A stretch of DNA of 64,000 nt, taken from positions 800,001 through 864,000 of the forward strand of contig CAWAIF010000003.1 of NCBI GenBank assembly GCA_963782055.1. Direction: 5' to 3'. The first letter of the stretch is position 1, and each line of letters starts with the position of its first letter. Below, in pieces: positions 28,596 to 38,156 of the stretch. This stretch comes from an uncultured delta proteobacterium. GTDB taxonomy: Bacteria > Myxococcota_A > Polyangia > Polyangiales > Polyangiaceae. Under the pieces are notes generated by a model. That model saw only the letters and a program-made list of their open reading frames with translations, did not search any database and was not told the DNA's origin. A program made the position numbers and the translations under genes.

Positions 28596-30704
28596 ATGCG
28601 CAAGCTCGCCCTCGTCCTCGCCCTCGCCACCGCCTGCGGCGGCGGCACCCCCACGCCGGTCCCGCCCGTCACCTCCGCCCGGCCGGTCGTGGGCGCGGTC
28701 AAGGCGCCCGAGGGGCCGCCGCGGGAGGACGCCGGCCTCGTCCCGCGCAGCGTCTTCTTCGGCAACCCCGACCGCGCGCGGGTGCGCATCAGCCCGGACG
28801 GCAAGGAGCTCTCCTTCCTGGCGAGCGAGGCGGGCGTGCTCAACGTCTTCGTCGCCCCCGCGGACGAGCCATCCAGGGCGAAGGCGATCACCCACGAGCC
28901 GAAGCGCAACCTGCGCATCTACGCGTGGGCGATGGACAGCAAGTCGGTGCTGTACCTGCAGGACAAGGAGGGCGACGAGAACTGGCGGCTGCACGCGGTG
29001 GACGTCGCCACGGGCAAGGACCGCGAGCTCGTCGGCATCGACGGCGTACAGGTGCAGCTCCAGGACCTGAGCCCGAAGCGCCCGCACGAGGTGGTCATCG
29101 GCCTGAACGATCGCGACCGCAAGGACCACGACCTGTACGTGCTGGACATCGCCTCCGGCAAGCGCACCCTGCTCCAGAAGAACGAGGGCTTCGAGGGCTT
29201 CGTCGTCGACGACGACTTCAAGGTGCGCTTCGGCCTGAAGCCGCGGAAGGACGGCGGCACCGACGTCATGGAGCCCGCCGGGACGAAGGCGAAGCCGGAC
29301 TGGAAGCCCTTCACCACCATCCCGATGGCGGACCACCTGACGACCGAGCTGGTGGACTTCGACAAGGCGGGCAAGACGCTCTACATGCTCGACAGCCGCG
29401 GGAGGAACACCTCCGCCCTCGTCTCGGTCGACCTGAAGACGAAGAAGAGCACCGTGCTGCTGGACGATGGCCAGGCGGACCTGGAGTCGCTCTTCATCCA
29501 GCCTGTGCAGAAGACGGTGCAGGCCGCGGAGGCCAACTACGAGCGCCGCCGCTGGCACGTCATCGACCCGGCGTTGCAGCCCGACTTCGACACCCTGCGC
29601 GCCGTGAGCGAGGGCGACATCGCCATCACCTCCCGCTCGCTGGACGACACGCGCTGGCTCGTCGCCTACGAGACCGAGGGCGCCACCCGCTACTACCGCT
29701 ACGACCGGCCGAAGGCGACGAAGGGAAAGACCAAGAAGAAGGAGGAGCGCAAGGCGACGTTCCTCTTCGTGAGCGACGACGCCCTGGCGAAGGTCAAGCT
29801 CGCCAAGATGCGCCCCGTCATCCTGAAGTCTCGCGACGGGATGGACCTGGTCAGCTACGTGACCCTCCCCGCGGGCACCGACCCCGACGGCGACGGCGTC
29901 CCGGCGAAGCCGCTGCCGACGGTGCTCTTCGTGCACGGCGGCCCGTGGGCGCGCGACGAGTGGGGCCCCAACCCGATGACGCAGTGGCTCGCCAGCCGCG
30001 GCTACGCGGTGCTGCAGGTCAACTACCGCGGGTCCACCGGCTTCGGGAAGGCCTTCGTCAACGCGGGCAACACCGAGTGGGCCGGCAAGATGCACGACGA
30101 CCTGGTCGACGCCGTCGCGTGGGCCAAGGCGCAGAAGATCGCCGACCCGGCGAAGGTGGCGATCCTGGGCGGCAGCTACGGCGGCTACGCGACGCTGGTG
30201 GGCCTCACCTTCACGCCGGACCTCTTCGCGTGCGGCGTGGACATCGTCGGGCCGTCCAACTTGCTCACGCTGCTGTCCACCATCCCTCCGTACTGGCACT
30301 CGGCGTTCGAGGACATGACCCGCCGCATCGGCGACCCCCGCACCGCCGCGGGCCGCAAGCTGCTGCTCGCGCGCTCTCCCCTCACCCGTGTCGACGCCAT
30401 CCGGAAGCCGCTGCTCATCGGCCAGGGGCGCAACGACCCGCGGGTCAAGCAGTCGGAGTCCGACCAGATCGTGCAGGCGATGCAGAAGCGGGGGATCCCG
30501 GTGACGTACGTCCTTTACCCCGACGAGGGTCACGGCTTCGCGCGCGCCGAGAACAAGCTCTCCTTCGACGCGGTGGCGGAGATCTTCCTCGCCCAGTGCC
30601 TGGGCGGCCCGTATCAGCCCATCGGAGACGACTTCAAGGGCTCGTCCATCACCGTCCCGGCCGGCAAGGACCGGATCTGGTCGCTGAGCAGGTCCCTCCC
30701 CTGA
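28596..30704 (+). CDS. S9 family peptidase (lipoprotein)
   Basis: Lipobox ATAC; beta-propeller; VHGGP, GGSYGG, GRNDPRV, DEGHG catalytic triad. Confidence 0.93.
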   Translation: MRKLALVLALATACGGGTPTPVPPVTSARPVVGAVKAPEGPPREDAGLVPRSVFFGNPDRARVRISPDGKELSFLASEAGVLNVFVAPADEPSRAKAITHEPKRNLRIYAWAMDSKSVLYLQDKEGDENWRLHAVDVATGKDRELVGIDGVQVQLQDLSPKRPHEVVIGLNDRDRKDHDLYVLDIASGKRTLLQKNEGFEGFVVDDDFKVRFGLKPRKDGGTDVMEPAGTKAKPDWKPFTTIPMADHLTTELVDFDKAGKTLYMLDSRGRNTSALVSVDLKTKKSTVLLDDGQADLESLFIQPVQKTVQAAEANYERRRWHVIDPALQPDFDTLRAVSEGDIAITSRSLDDTRWLVAYETEGATRYYRYDRPKATKGKTKKKEERKATFLFVSDDALAKVKLAKMRPVILKSRDGMDLVSYVTLPAGTDPDGDGVPAKPLPTVLFVHGGPWARDEWGPNPMTQWLASRGYAVLQVNYRGSTGFGKAFVNAGNTEWAGKMHDDLVDAVAWAKAQKIADPAKVAILGGSYGGYATLVGLTFTPDLFACGVDIVGPSNLLTLLSTIPPYWHSAFEDMTRRIGDPRTAAGRKLLLARSPLTRVDAIRKPLLIGQGRNDPRVKQSESDQIVQAMQKRGIPVTYVLYPDEGHGFARAENKLSFDAVAEIFLAQCLGGPYQPIGDDFKGSSITVPAGKDRIWSLSRSLP

Positions 30705-30709
30705 TCCGC

Positions 30710-31600
30710 TCAGTTGGGCGGGACGTTGCAGTCGCAGCAGGTCTGGTTGGTGATCGTCGCCAGGGCCTTCTTCAGGGCGGGGCCGTCGCTCGCCTTGAAG
30801 TAGAGGGGGGTGGTGTAGCTCTGGATGTTCGCGCTTGCCTTGCAGCCGGCCGAGGTGCACGTGCACGAGCTGGCGAAGTTGGACGCGGTGTGGCCGGCGC
30901 ACGCCAGGTTGTTGAGGAGCACCGGGTCGTCGTCGCCGCCGAAGCCCACGACGAACGTCTTGATGCCCGCCTTCTCGAGCTGCTGCGCGATGCCGATGTC
31001 GTAGTCGCTCGTGTTGCACGAGCAGCACTCCCCGCCGTCGGTGACGAGCACCACGTACTGCGGCCGGTCGCCGGTCTTCGCGGCGGCGAGGGTGCTCAGC
31101 GCCGACTGGAGCGCCCCGCCGATGGGCGTGCCGTAGTCGAGCTGCGGGGACATCGTGGTGAGCGCGTTGCCGACGGCGGCGCTGGCCCCGAGCTTCATCG
31201 GGACGACGAGCTGGCTGGAGCAGGTGGCGCCGCCCACCTGCGGCAGCACCTCCAGGCCGAAGCGCACGCTGGTGTCGGTGGGCGGCTTGGTGATGGCCTC
31301 GATCGCCGAGATCGCCAGGTTGATGCGGCTGCCCTGGTTGGCGACCCCGAGGCTCATGCTGTCGCTCCGGTCGAGGATGATGAGCATGTCCGGCGGGTCG
31401 CACGACGGGCCCGCCTCCGCAGGGTGGACGTCGGGGCTGGCGTCGGGGAACTGGAAGTCGCCCGAGTCGCCCGCGCCCGCGCCCGCATCGGCGGCGGGGT
31501 CGGCCCCCGGACCGGGGTCGGAGGGCTGCGTGCTGGCGACGCACCCGGCGAGAAGGAACAGGGGAACGAAGGCGAAGGCGAAGCGGGGACGAGGGCTCAT
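30710..31600 (-). CDS. Cys-rich VWA-domain lipoprotein (CglB-like)
   Basis: Lipobox LAGC; MIDAS DRSDS, GTP, VLVTDG, GIKTFVVGFG, LNNLACAG; many Cys. Confidence 0.8.
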   Translation of the reverse strand: MSPRPRFAFAFVPLFLLAGCVASTQPSDPGPGADPAADAGAGAGDSGDFQFPDASPDVHPAEAGPSCDPPDMLIILDRSDSMSLGVANQGSRINLAISAIEAITKPPTDTSVRFGLEVLPQVGGATCSSQLVVPMKLGASAAVGNALTTMSPQLDYGTPIGGALQSALSTLAAAKTGDRPQYVVLVTDGGECCSCNTSDYDIGIAQQLEKAGIKTFVVGFGGDDDPVLLNNLACAGHTASNFASSCTCTSAGCKASANIQSYTTPLYFKASDGPALKKALATITNQTCCDCNVPPN

Positions 31601-31615
31601 GATGGCCCGAGGCAG

Positions 31616-31631
31616 TGCAGCGCTCGTGCCA
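31616..31631 (-). promoter_or_regulatory. Putative sigma54 promoter
   Basis: Minus strand TGGCACGAGCGCTGCA, 15 nt before ATG 31600. Confidence 0.55.
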
Positions 31632-31759
31632 CGGTCCGCCGCGCGCCGGAGGCCTGAAAAGACGGGCTCGGCGGTGGGCGGGAGGCGCACCCGGCCCGGT
31701 GCTCGCCCCTGGGGGCATTGCGGCCAGGGGTGGGGGAGGAGTGACCGCCTACCGGCGCG

Positions 31760-33205
31760 TCAGGGCCACTGGTCGGCGGCGAGCCCGTCGGTGCCGCCCG
31801 AGGCGCCGCCCGTTCCGCCGGTGCCGTGGAAGAGCAAGGGGTTGCCGTTGAGCGTCACGCTGCCGGCGCCGCCCTGCACGGCTGCGTACGACACGCCGCC
31901 GCCGCCGCCGCCGCCCTGTCCGCCGGTGCCACCGGTGCCGCCATTGCCACCCGCGGCGCCGCCGTCCAGCGTGTAGCCGCTGACCAGAGTCCCGCTACAG
32001 AAGTTGCCGAAGCAGCCGACGCCGGAGAGCTGCGTGGCGCAGGTGACGCCAGCACCCTTCGCGCCCCCCGTTCCCGTGCCGCCGGCGCCGCCGGCGCCGC
32101 CGGTGCCGCCATTGCCGCCGTTGGCGGCGGTGAGCTTGCCGCCGAAGACGGTCACGTGCGCATCCCAGACGTAGAGGGCGATGCTCGCCCCGCCGCCGCG
32201 CCCGTAGGTGCCGCCGGTGCCGCCGGCGCCGCCGCAGCCCGCGGTGCCGCTCTTGCCGCAGACCTGCGAGTTCTTGGTCGTGCAGCTCGTCGGGCAGTTG
32301 TCGGTCCACCCTGCGCACGTGGCGCACGCACCCGCCTTGCCCGCCGTGCCGTTGGCGCCGACCGCGCCGACGCCGGCGTCGCCGCCGCTGGTCGTGATGT
32401 AACCCGTCGACGAGAAGGTGCCCGCCGCGCCGCCGTTGCCCACCGACCCGGTGCTCCCGGTGGCGCCATTGCCCCCCGCGCAGCCCGCGTCCGTCGCGTT
32501 CGCTCCCACGGAGCCGCCGGTGCCGTCGTCGCCCTTGCCGCCGGGGCCAACGTCCACCACCACCTGGTCGAGCGTGACGTTCGTGGCCGAGCCGGAGACG
32601 AAGACGCCGTACATCGACTCGCTCGGGTCGGCCGCCGGCTTGCTGATGATGTGGAGATTGCGCAGCGTGGCGGACCCGGTGAACGACGCGGTGACCGTCG
32701 TGTTGGTGACGCCCTGGATCGTGACGCCGGTGCTGGTGGTGGCGTCGCAGACGGGCGTCCACGTGCCGCCGCTGTCGCTCCAGCCGCCTTCGATCGTCAG
32801 GGGTGCATCGAGCGTGATGGACTCCTGGTATGCGGCGCCGCCCGCGGCGTCGGTCGCCGGCGGTGCGGCGACGTACAGGGTCGTCTTGCCGTTCGCCGCC
32901 TTCGCCGCCGCGATGGCGTAGGTGATGGACTTGCAGGGGTTCTGCCGCGTGCCGCAGCCGTTCACGTCGGTGCCGCTCCGGGCGACGAAGACTCCTGCCG
33001 TGTCGTCGGCGGTGCGCGCGGCGCAACCGGTGGCGGCGTCGCCGCCGCCCCCGCTGTCCGGCTGCACGTTGGAGCCATCGAGCGAGGCGTCGGGCGGGCT
33101 GGTCGGCGAGTCGCCCACGCACGCCTCCATCGCCGCCATCATGGCGATTCCCGTCCCCATCACCAAGAGTCCCCCGAGAAGCGTGCGGCTGTACCTCATA
33201 CCCAT
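31760..33205 (-). CDS. Gly-rich (PGRS-like) lipoprotein with DUF1565-like N-terminal domain
   Basis: Lipobox MEAC; VFVARSGTD..CGTRQNPCKSITYAI; long GGxGGxG tracts. Confidence 0.75.
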   Translation of the reverse strand: MGMRYSRTLLGGLLVMGTGIAMMAAMEACVGDSPTSPPDASLDGSNVQPDSGGGGDAATGCAARTADDTAGVFVARSGTDVNGCGTRQNPCKSITYAIAAAKAANGKTTLYVAAPPATDAAGGAAYQESITLDAPLTIEGGWSDSGGTWTPVCDATTSTGVTIQGVTNTTVTASFTGSATLRNLHIISKPAADPSESMYGVFVSGSATNVTLDQVVVDVGPGGKGDDGTGGSVGANATDAGCAGGNGATGSTGSVGNGGAAGTFSSTGYITTSGGDAGVGAVGANGTAGKAGACATCAGWTDNCPTSCTTKNSQVCGKSGTAGCGGAGGTGGTYGRGGGASIALYVWDAHVTVFGGKLTAANGGNGGTGGAGGAGGTGTGGAKGAGVTCATQLSGVGCFGNFCSGTLVSGYTLDGGAAGGNGGTGGTGGQGGGGGGGVSYAAVQGGAGSVTLNGNPLLFHGTGGTGGASGGTDGLAADQWP

Positions 33206-33306
33206 GAGCTTACACGAGGGCTGGCTCGTGCGAAAACTCACAGTTTGCACCGGACATCCGCATGGCGCGCGGCGACCGCTGGAGGACGGCGGCGACGCGA
33301 AGGTCC

Positions 33307-34134
33307 TCAGGGGCGCGCGATCGGCCTGAGCGCGCCGCTCGGGATCCACGTCTGCGTCGGGCCCCAGCGCACCTCCGTCCACGCCGCGCGGGTGCCCAGC
33401 ACCTCCACGCGCGCCGCCTCCGGCAGCGCCGTCGCGCCGGGGACCGGGATCCCGTGCTCATCGGTGGGACGAGCCTCCGGGACGACGACCACCGCGTCGC
33501 GGAAGTAGAGGCGGTCGGCGCGCGCCGCGCGCGAGAGCGCGGCGAAGATCACGGTGCTCGGCACCGCCGCGAGGATGGTGACGGCCGCCGCCGCGCGCAC
33601 GCGTGAGCTGCGTCCGAGCCAGCGCATGAAGAGGCCCACGCCGACGGCGAGCGACCCGACGAGTGCGAGGTAGGTCCACGCGTCCTCCGGGAGCGCGTGG
33701 GTGAGCGTGCGCCAGGGGGAGTCAGTCTGGTCCATGTCCACCGCCGTGCCCTCGCGCGCCTTGCGCCGCGCGACCTCGGCGCGGACGGCGGCCGCGGCGC
33801 GCATGGCGTTCTCCCGCAGCGTCGGGTCCGCGGCGAGCGCGCTCGCCTCGTCGAAGCCCTGGGCCGCGCGGCCGAGATCCCCCGGCTGCTCGGCGCCCAT
33901 GCGCACGCGCATCGCATAGGCCAGGCCGCGGTCGTAGCTGGCGGATGCGTCGGTCACGCCGCGATCGGCCAGCGCCTCGAAGTTGGCGACGGCGTCCTGC
34001 GGGCGGCTCTGCTCCAGCGCCTTCACGCCCGCCGCGAAGAGGCTCGCCGTCTCGTCCGCGGCCCGCGCCGTCCCGCCCGCGAGGAACAGGAGCGCCATCG
34101 TCATGATCACGGCCACCGCTCCGCGCCGCTTCAT
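33307..34134 (-). CDS. batE: BatE-like TPR/TM/SH3 protein
   Basis: Signal peptide, TPR (SYDRGLAY), two TM helices, SH3-like LPEAARVEV..WTEVRW..WIP; last gene of the bat cluster. Confidence 0.7.
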   Translation of the reverse strand: MKRRGAVAVIMTMALLFLAGGTARAADETASLFAAGVKALEQSRPQDAVANFEALADRGVTDASASYDRGLAYAMRVRMGAEQPGDLGRAAQGFDEASALAADPTLRENAMRAAAAVRAEVARRKAREGTAVDMDQTDSPWRTLTHALPEDAWTYLALVGSLAVGVGLFMRWLGRSSRVRAAAAVTILAAVPSTVIFAALSRAARADRLYFRDAVVVVPEARPTDEHGIPVPGATALPEAARVEVLGTRAAWTEVRWGPTQTWIPSGALRPIARP

Positions 34135-35996
34135 GCGCGCGACCCCGGGAGCTTGTCGAGCAGCGCCTTGCCGCGCCGGGCGCGGTCGCGCGCGCCATCG
34201 AGCTGACCGCCGTCCGGCGAGAAGCGCGCCGCGGCGCAGCTCTCCAGCACGTCGCGCAGGTCCGCCGCGACGTCCTTGGCCACGCCCGCCTGCGTGAGGA
34301 CGTCCACCATCGACTCGCCCCCGACGCCGCGCACGTTGACCCCCGCCCGGGCGATGGCGCCGGCCTCCACCACGCGCATCGTGGAGCCGTCGATGGCGCG
34401 CGCGTCGGTGCCGCTGAGGTCCTCCTCGAGCGTGCGGATGCGCTCTCGCAGCTCCGTCTCCGGTGACTCGCGGCGGCGGCGCATCCTCTCGCGGAGCCGC
34501 TCCGAGATGCTCTTGCCCGAGACCGCGCCGGCGAAGGCCAGGATCGGCATCCCCAGCAACACCCAGAAGAGGCCGCGGTCGGCGAGGTGGTCCTTCTCCA
34601 CGCGCGTGCCGCCCAGGGTGGTTCGCATCGGCGGGAGGTTGTCGAGGACGCGGGCGGAGCTCTCCGGGGCCGCGCCGACCCCCGGCGTGACGGTGATGCT
34701 GCCGAGCGCGGCGCGCGCGACCTCGTACGACTTCGCGTCCGGGTCGTAATAGGGGAGCGTCATCTCCCCGAGATCGACCTGCCCCTGCTGCGTGGCGTGG
34801 ACGACGTAGTCGAACGTGCGCTTCCCGCCGAGCTTGCCGTCGTTCGAGGTGATGTCGTCCTTCACGTCGGGGTCGAGCCACTCGACGCCCGGCCGGGTGG
34901 GGACGGTGAGCGAGCTCGGCAGATTGCCGGTGCCGGAGAGCACCACGCTCACCGCGACAGCCCCGCCGCGCGGGACGGTGCGCGGGGCCACGCTGGCCGT
35001 CAGCGTGTACTGCCCCACGTCTCCGACCACGTAGCCCGCGGGCCGGCCGGCCATCGGCGGCGCGACGGCGTGCACGTGCAGCGTCTCGCTCAGCCGCTTC
35101 CCGCCGCCCTGCACCATGCTCAGGCGCATCGGGGTGATGGTCAGGTCCCCCGTCTTGAGGGGGAAGAGGGCGTAGCGTCTCACGAGCGCCACGCTCCACA
35201 CGCGCCCCCCCGCCTCGCCGAAGCCCATCTGCTCCACCTTGTTGTCGTCCTTCATGAGCGAGCGGCGAAGGAAGTCGCTGGTGCTCGGCTCGTGCGGGTC
35301 GGTGAAGTCCGGCTGGTTCGCCGAGAGGTCGACGTACAGGTAGACGGAGAGGGTGACCTGCTCGCCCACCACGGCGGTGTCCTTGTCCAGGGTCGCGTGG
35401 AGGAAGGCGACGGTGTCGCGCGCCTTGGAGAGCGCCAGCTTGGGGTCGGTGGGCACCTCCGGCATCTGCGGCTGCTGATCGATCTGGAAGCCGGGGAAGT
35501 TGGGCATGCCGCTCCCCTGGAGCAGATCGCGAAACTGGCTGAAGGGATCGAAGGGGTCCGGCGCGCCGGACTGCCGCCCGTTACCCAGCGTGCCCTTGGC
35601 GACCACCGTGACGTGCAGCTTGTGGGTGGCGTAGCGGACGCCGTCGACCGCCACCGACACCCCCCCGAACTCCAGGCGCCCGGTGGAGGTGGCGTGGAGC
35701 GTCCAGGTGGTGGAGAGGCCCCGCTTCTGGGATATCTGGCCGTTGATCACGGTGAGCTGCTGCGTCGGCATCGAGTTGGTGCCGATCACGGTGAGGCCCG
35801 GCGGGAGCTTGCCGATCTTCGCGTCGGTGGGCATGTCGCCGTCGGACATCGCCTGGAGCGTCACGCTGGTGGTGCCGTCCACCTCGATCCTCGGCGGGTC
35901 CACGGCGACGTTCATGTGCGGGGCCGCGGCGAGGGCGCTCACCCCGAAGAAGACGGTGGCCACGGCCACCAGGACGGCGAGCAGGCGCGCGCTCAC
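34131..35996 (-). CDS. batD: BatD family protein
   Basis: Ig-like repeats, VVGEQV, LFPLKTGDL, G.VGQY, SGTGNL, LPYYDP, C-terminal TM; operon position. Confidence 0.85.
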   Translation of the reverse strand: MSARLLAVLVAVATVFFGVSALAAAPHMNVAVDPPRIEVDGTTSVTLQAMSDGDMPTDAKIGKLPPGLTVIGTNSMPTQQLTVINGQISQKRGLSTTWTLHATSTGRLEFGGVSVAVDGVRYATHKLHVTVVAKGTLGNGRQSGAPDPFDPFSQFRDLLQGSGMPNFPGFQIDQQPQMPEVPTDPKLALSKARDTVAFLHATLDKDTAVVGEQVTLSVYLYVDLSANQPDFTDPHEPSTSDFLRRSLMKDDNKVEQMGFGEAGGRVWSVALVRRYALFPLKTGDLTITPMRLSMVQGGGKRLSETLHVHAVAPPMAGRPAGYVVGDVGQYTLTASVAPRTVPRGGAVAVSVVLSGTGNLPSSLTVPTRPGVEWLDPDVKDDITSNDGKLGGKRTFDYVVHATQQGQVDLGEMTLPYYDPDAKSYEVARAALGSITVTPGVGAAPESSARVLDNLPPMRTTLGGTRVEKDHLADRGLFWVLLGMPILAFAGAVSGKSISERLRERMRRRRESPETELRERIRTLEEDLSGTDARAIDGSTMRVVEAGAIARAGVNVRGVGGESMVDVLTQAGVAKDVAADLRDVLESCAAARFSPDGGQLDGARDRARRGKALLDKLPGSRA

Positions 35997-36973
35997 TTGT
36001 CCGCCATCCCGGTGACGCGGCGATGTCGTGCCGCGTGCTTGGCCACCTCGTGCTGGAAGGTGGGCGCGTTCTCCAGCTGCTCCAGGATGCGATCGTCCTC
36101 GCTCTGCGTGCTCGGCGGCGGGGAGCCGGCGTCCGCCTCGTCCGGCTGCGGCGGGGGCTGCCCCGCGTCGGCGCCGCCGTCGTTGCCGCCACCGTCCTGC
36201 CCGCCGTCGTTGCCGCCGCCGCCGCCGTCGCCCGCGTCGCCCGCGTCGTTGCCGCCGCCGCCGTCATTGCCGCCGTCGCTGCCGCCGTCCTGGCCGCCGC
36301 CGTCGCCGGGGCCGCCGTCGCCCGGGCCGCCGTCGTTGCCGCCGTCGCTGCCGGCGTCCTTCTGCTGGTCCTCGATGCGCTCCAGCGCGATGGCTCGGTT
36401 CCACGCCGCGTCGCGGCCGACCGGATCGCCGGCGTCCGCCTGGCCCGGCGCGAGGGCGAGCGCCTTGTCGTAGGCGTCCACCGCTTGCTGGTACTCGCCG
36501 GCGAGAAAATGCAGGTTGCCCTCCAGGTAGCGCGCGCGCGCGCGCAGGTCGATGGGCTGCGACTCGTCCGCAGCGATGGCCTGGACCACGCGCAGGGCGC
36601 AGTCGATCTCGGCGAGGCGCAGCTTGCGCTGCTCCGGGTTGTCTCCGGCGTCGACCTCTTCCTCGCCGAAGCGACGCCCGTACTGCTCGCCGATGCGGAA
36701 GAGCGCGAGGCCCAGGTCGAAGCCTCCGCTGGAGCGCTGGCGGACCGCGTCGGGCACCCCGATGTTGCCGTCCTTGCACTTGCCGGTGGCGAGGTAGTCC
36801 TGGAGCAACGCGGCGGCGGCCGCGGCGTCGCCGCCGTCCCCGAGCTCGCCCATGGCGCGCTTGACCTCCGGCGACTCGCGCTCGAAGGGGCGCGACGGGT
36901 TCCACCCGCACGCGGCGAGCCAGAGCGCGGCGCACCCGCCGAGCGCCACCGAGCGCCAGACGCGCCTACGCAC
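35993..36973 (-). CDS. batC: BatC-like TPR lipoprotein with DGG-repeat tail
   Basis: Lipobox LAAC; YLEGNLHF...AVDAYDKAL...AAWNRAIA; low-complexity tail; RILEQLE...DK end. Confidence 0.7.
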   Translation of the reverse strand: MRRRVWRSVALGGCAALWLAACGWNPSRPFERESPEVKRAMGELGDGGDAAAAAALLQDYLATGKCKDGNIGVPDAVRQRSSGGFDLGLALFRIGEQYGRRFGEEEVDAGDNPEQRKLRLAEIDCALRVVQAIAADESQPIDLRARARYLEGNLHFLAGEYQQAVDAYDKALALAPGQADAGDPVGRDAAWNRAIALERIEDQQKDAGSDGGNDGGPGDGGPGDGGGQDGGSDGGNDGGGGNDAGDAGDGGGGGNDGGQDGGGNDGGADAGQPPPQPDEADAGSPPPSTQSEDDRILEQLENAPTFQHEVAKHAARHRRVTGMADK

Positions 36974-38156
36974 GGCGCGCCTCGGGGGTGGCGGGGTCCT
37001 CTGTCGCCTCGCCGCGCTTCTTCCGGCGCCGGACGAGGTCCACCAGGAGGAAGAAGAGGCTGACGGTGAAGAGAGAGGCGAACACCGCCATGATCACCTT
37101 GCCCGTCGTCCACGGCGCCATCCACGGCGTGTCGAAGATCAGCGCCTCGCTGAGCAGGAGGGCGATGGAGAGCAGCAAGGGTAGCCAGAAGATCTCGCCG
37201 TACACCGTCTCCACGCGCTCGGAGAGCTCCTCGCGCATCATCTTGGAGAGGTGAGAGGAGACCTTGTCGATGCCCGTCTCCCCGTGCTCGCTGCGCACGA
37301 TCATGCCGCCCGTGGTGGTGGCGATCTTGGCGAGCTGCGCCTCGCCGTCGGCGGAGAGCTCGGTCGTCAGCGGCTTGCCGTGCTCGTCCTTGCGGATGCC
37401 GCGGACCCGCCCGTCCGGTCCCACGTCGGGGATCACCTCGGGGGCGCGCCCGCCGATCTGCACCACGTCGATGGTGGTCCCCTCCGCCGCGCACTTCTGC
37501 GCGACGGAGAGCGGGTCGCCCTCCAGGTCCTCGCCGTCGGTGACGAGCAGGATGACCCGCACATGGTCCTTCGTCGTCGGGTCGCGCTCCAGCAGCTCCC
37601 GCGCCCGCTCCAGCGCGCGCGCGGTGGCGGTCCCCCCGACGGGCATGTCGTTCGGCTCGAGCTGCCGGAAGAACTGGGCGATGGCCGCGCCGTCGCTGGT
37701 CAGCGGGAAGCTCATCGGCTCCCCGGCGAACGCGACCGCCCCGAAGCGCGCGCCGGAGAGGTTCTGGATCATCCGGGCGACCTCCGCCTTGGCGCGCGCG
37801 ATGCGGCTCGGCACCACGTCGCGGGCGTACATGCTCTTGGAGTAGTCGAGCACCACCACCACGTCGACGTTGGTCGCCGGAATGAGGCGCGTGCCCTTGC
37901 CGTACTGCGGCCGCGCGAGGGCGAGCAGCGCGGCGGCGAGCGCCAGCACCAGCATCACGCCCTTGACCGCGCGCCGCTGCGTGGCGTCGTAGGAGGTGAG
38001 TCCGGCCACCAGGTCGGCGTCGCCGAAGCGCTTCTCCGCGCGCACCCGCGCGAAGGAGGAGACGACGAACATCGCCGCGAAGCCGACGACGAGCACCGCG
38101 CACGCGACGAAGGCGATCACCCAGGGGAAGGAGAAGAGGTCGTAGGCGAAGCGCAT
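36966..38156 (-). CDS. batB: BatB VWA-domain membrane protein
   Basis: LARPQYG, LDYSKSMYARDVVPSRI, FAGE..PLTSD, GT, VTDGEDLEG. Confidence 0.88.
   Translation of the reverse strand: MRFAYDLFSFPWVIAFVACAVLVVGFAAMFVVSSFARVRAEKRFGDADLVAGLTSYDATQRRAVKGVMLVLALAAALLALARPQYGKGTRLIPATNVDVVVVLDYSKSMYARDVVPSRIARAKAEVARMIQNLSGARFGAVAFAGEPMSFPLTSDGAAIAQFFRQLEPNDMPVGGTATARALERARELLERDPTTKDHVRVILLVTDGEDLEGDPLSVAQKCAAEGTTIDVVQIGGRAPEVIPDVGPDGRVRGIRKDEHGKPLTTELSADGEAQLAKIATTTGGMIVRSEHGETGIDKVSSHLSKMMREELSERVETVYGEIFWLPLLLSIALLLSEALIFDTPWMAPWTTGKVIMAVFASLFTVSLFFLLVDLVRRRKKRGEATEDPATPEARRA

Noticed and set aside
31760..33205. Mycobacterial PE_PGRS protein
   Set aside because: No PE domain; it has a lipoprotein signal, and only the Gly-rich composition is similar.
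33228..33250. Imperfect inverted repeat GTGCGAAAACT-CAC-AGTTTGCAC between batE and the Gly-rich gene
   Set aside because: Single imperfect occurrence; cannot distinguish operator, terminator or chance.
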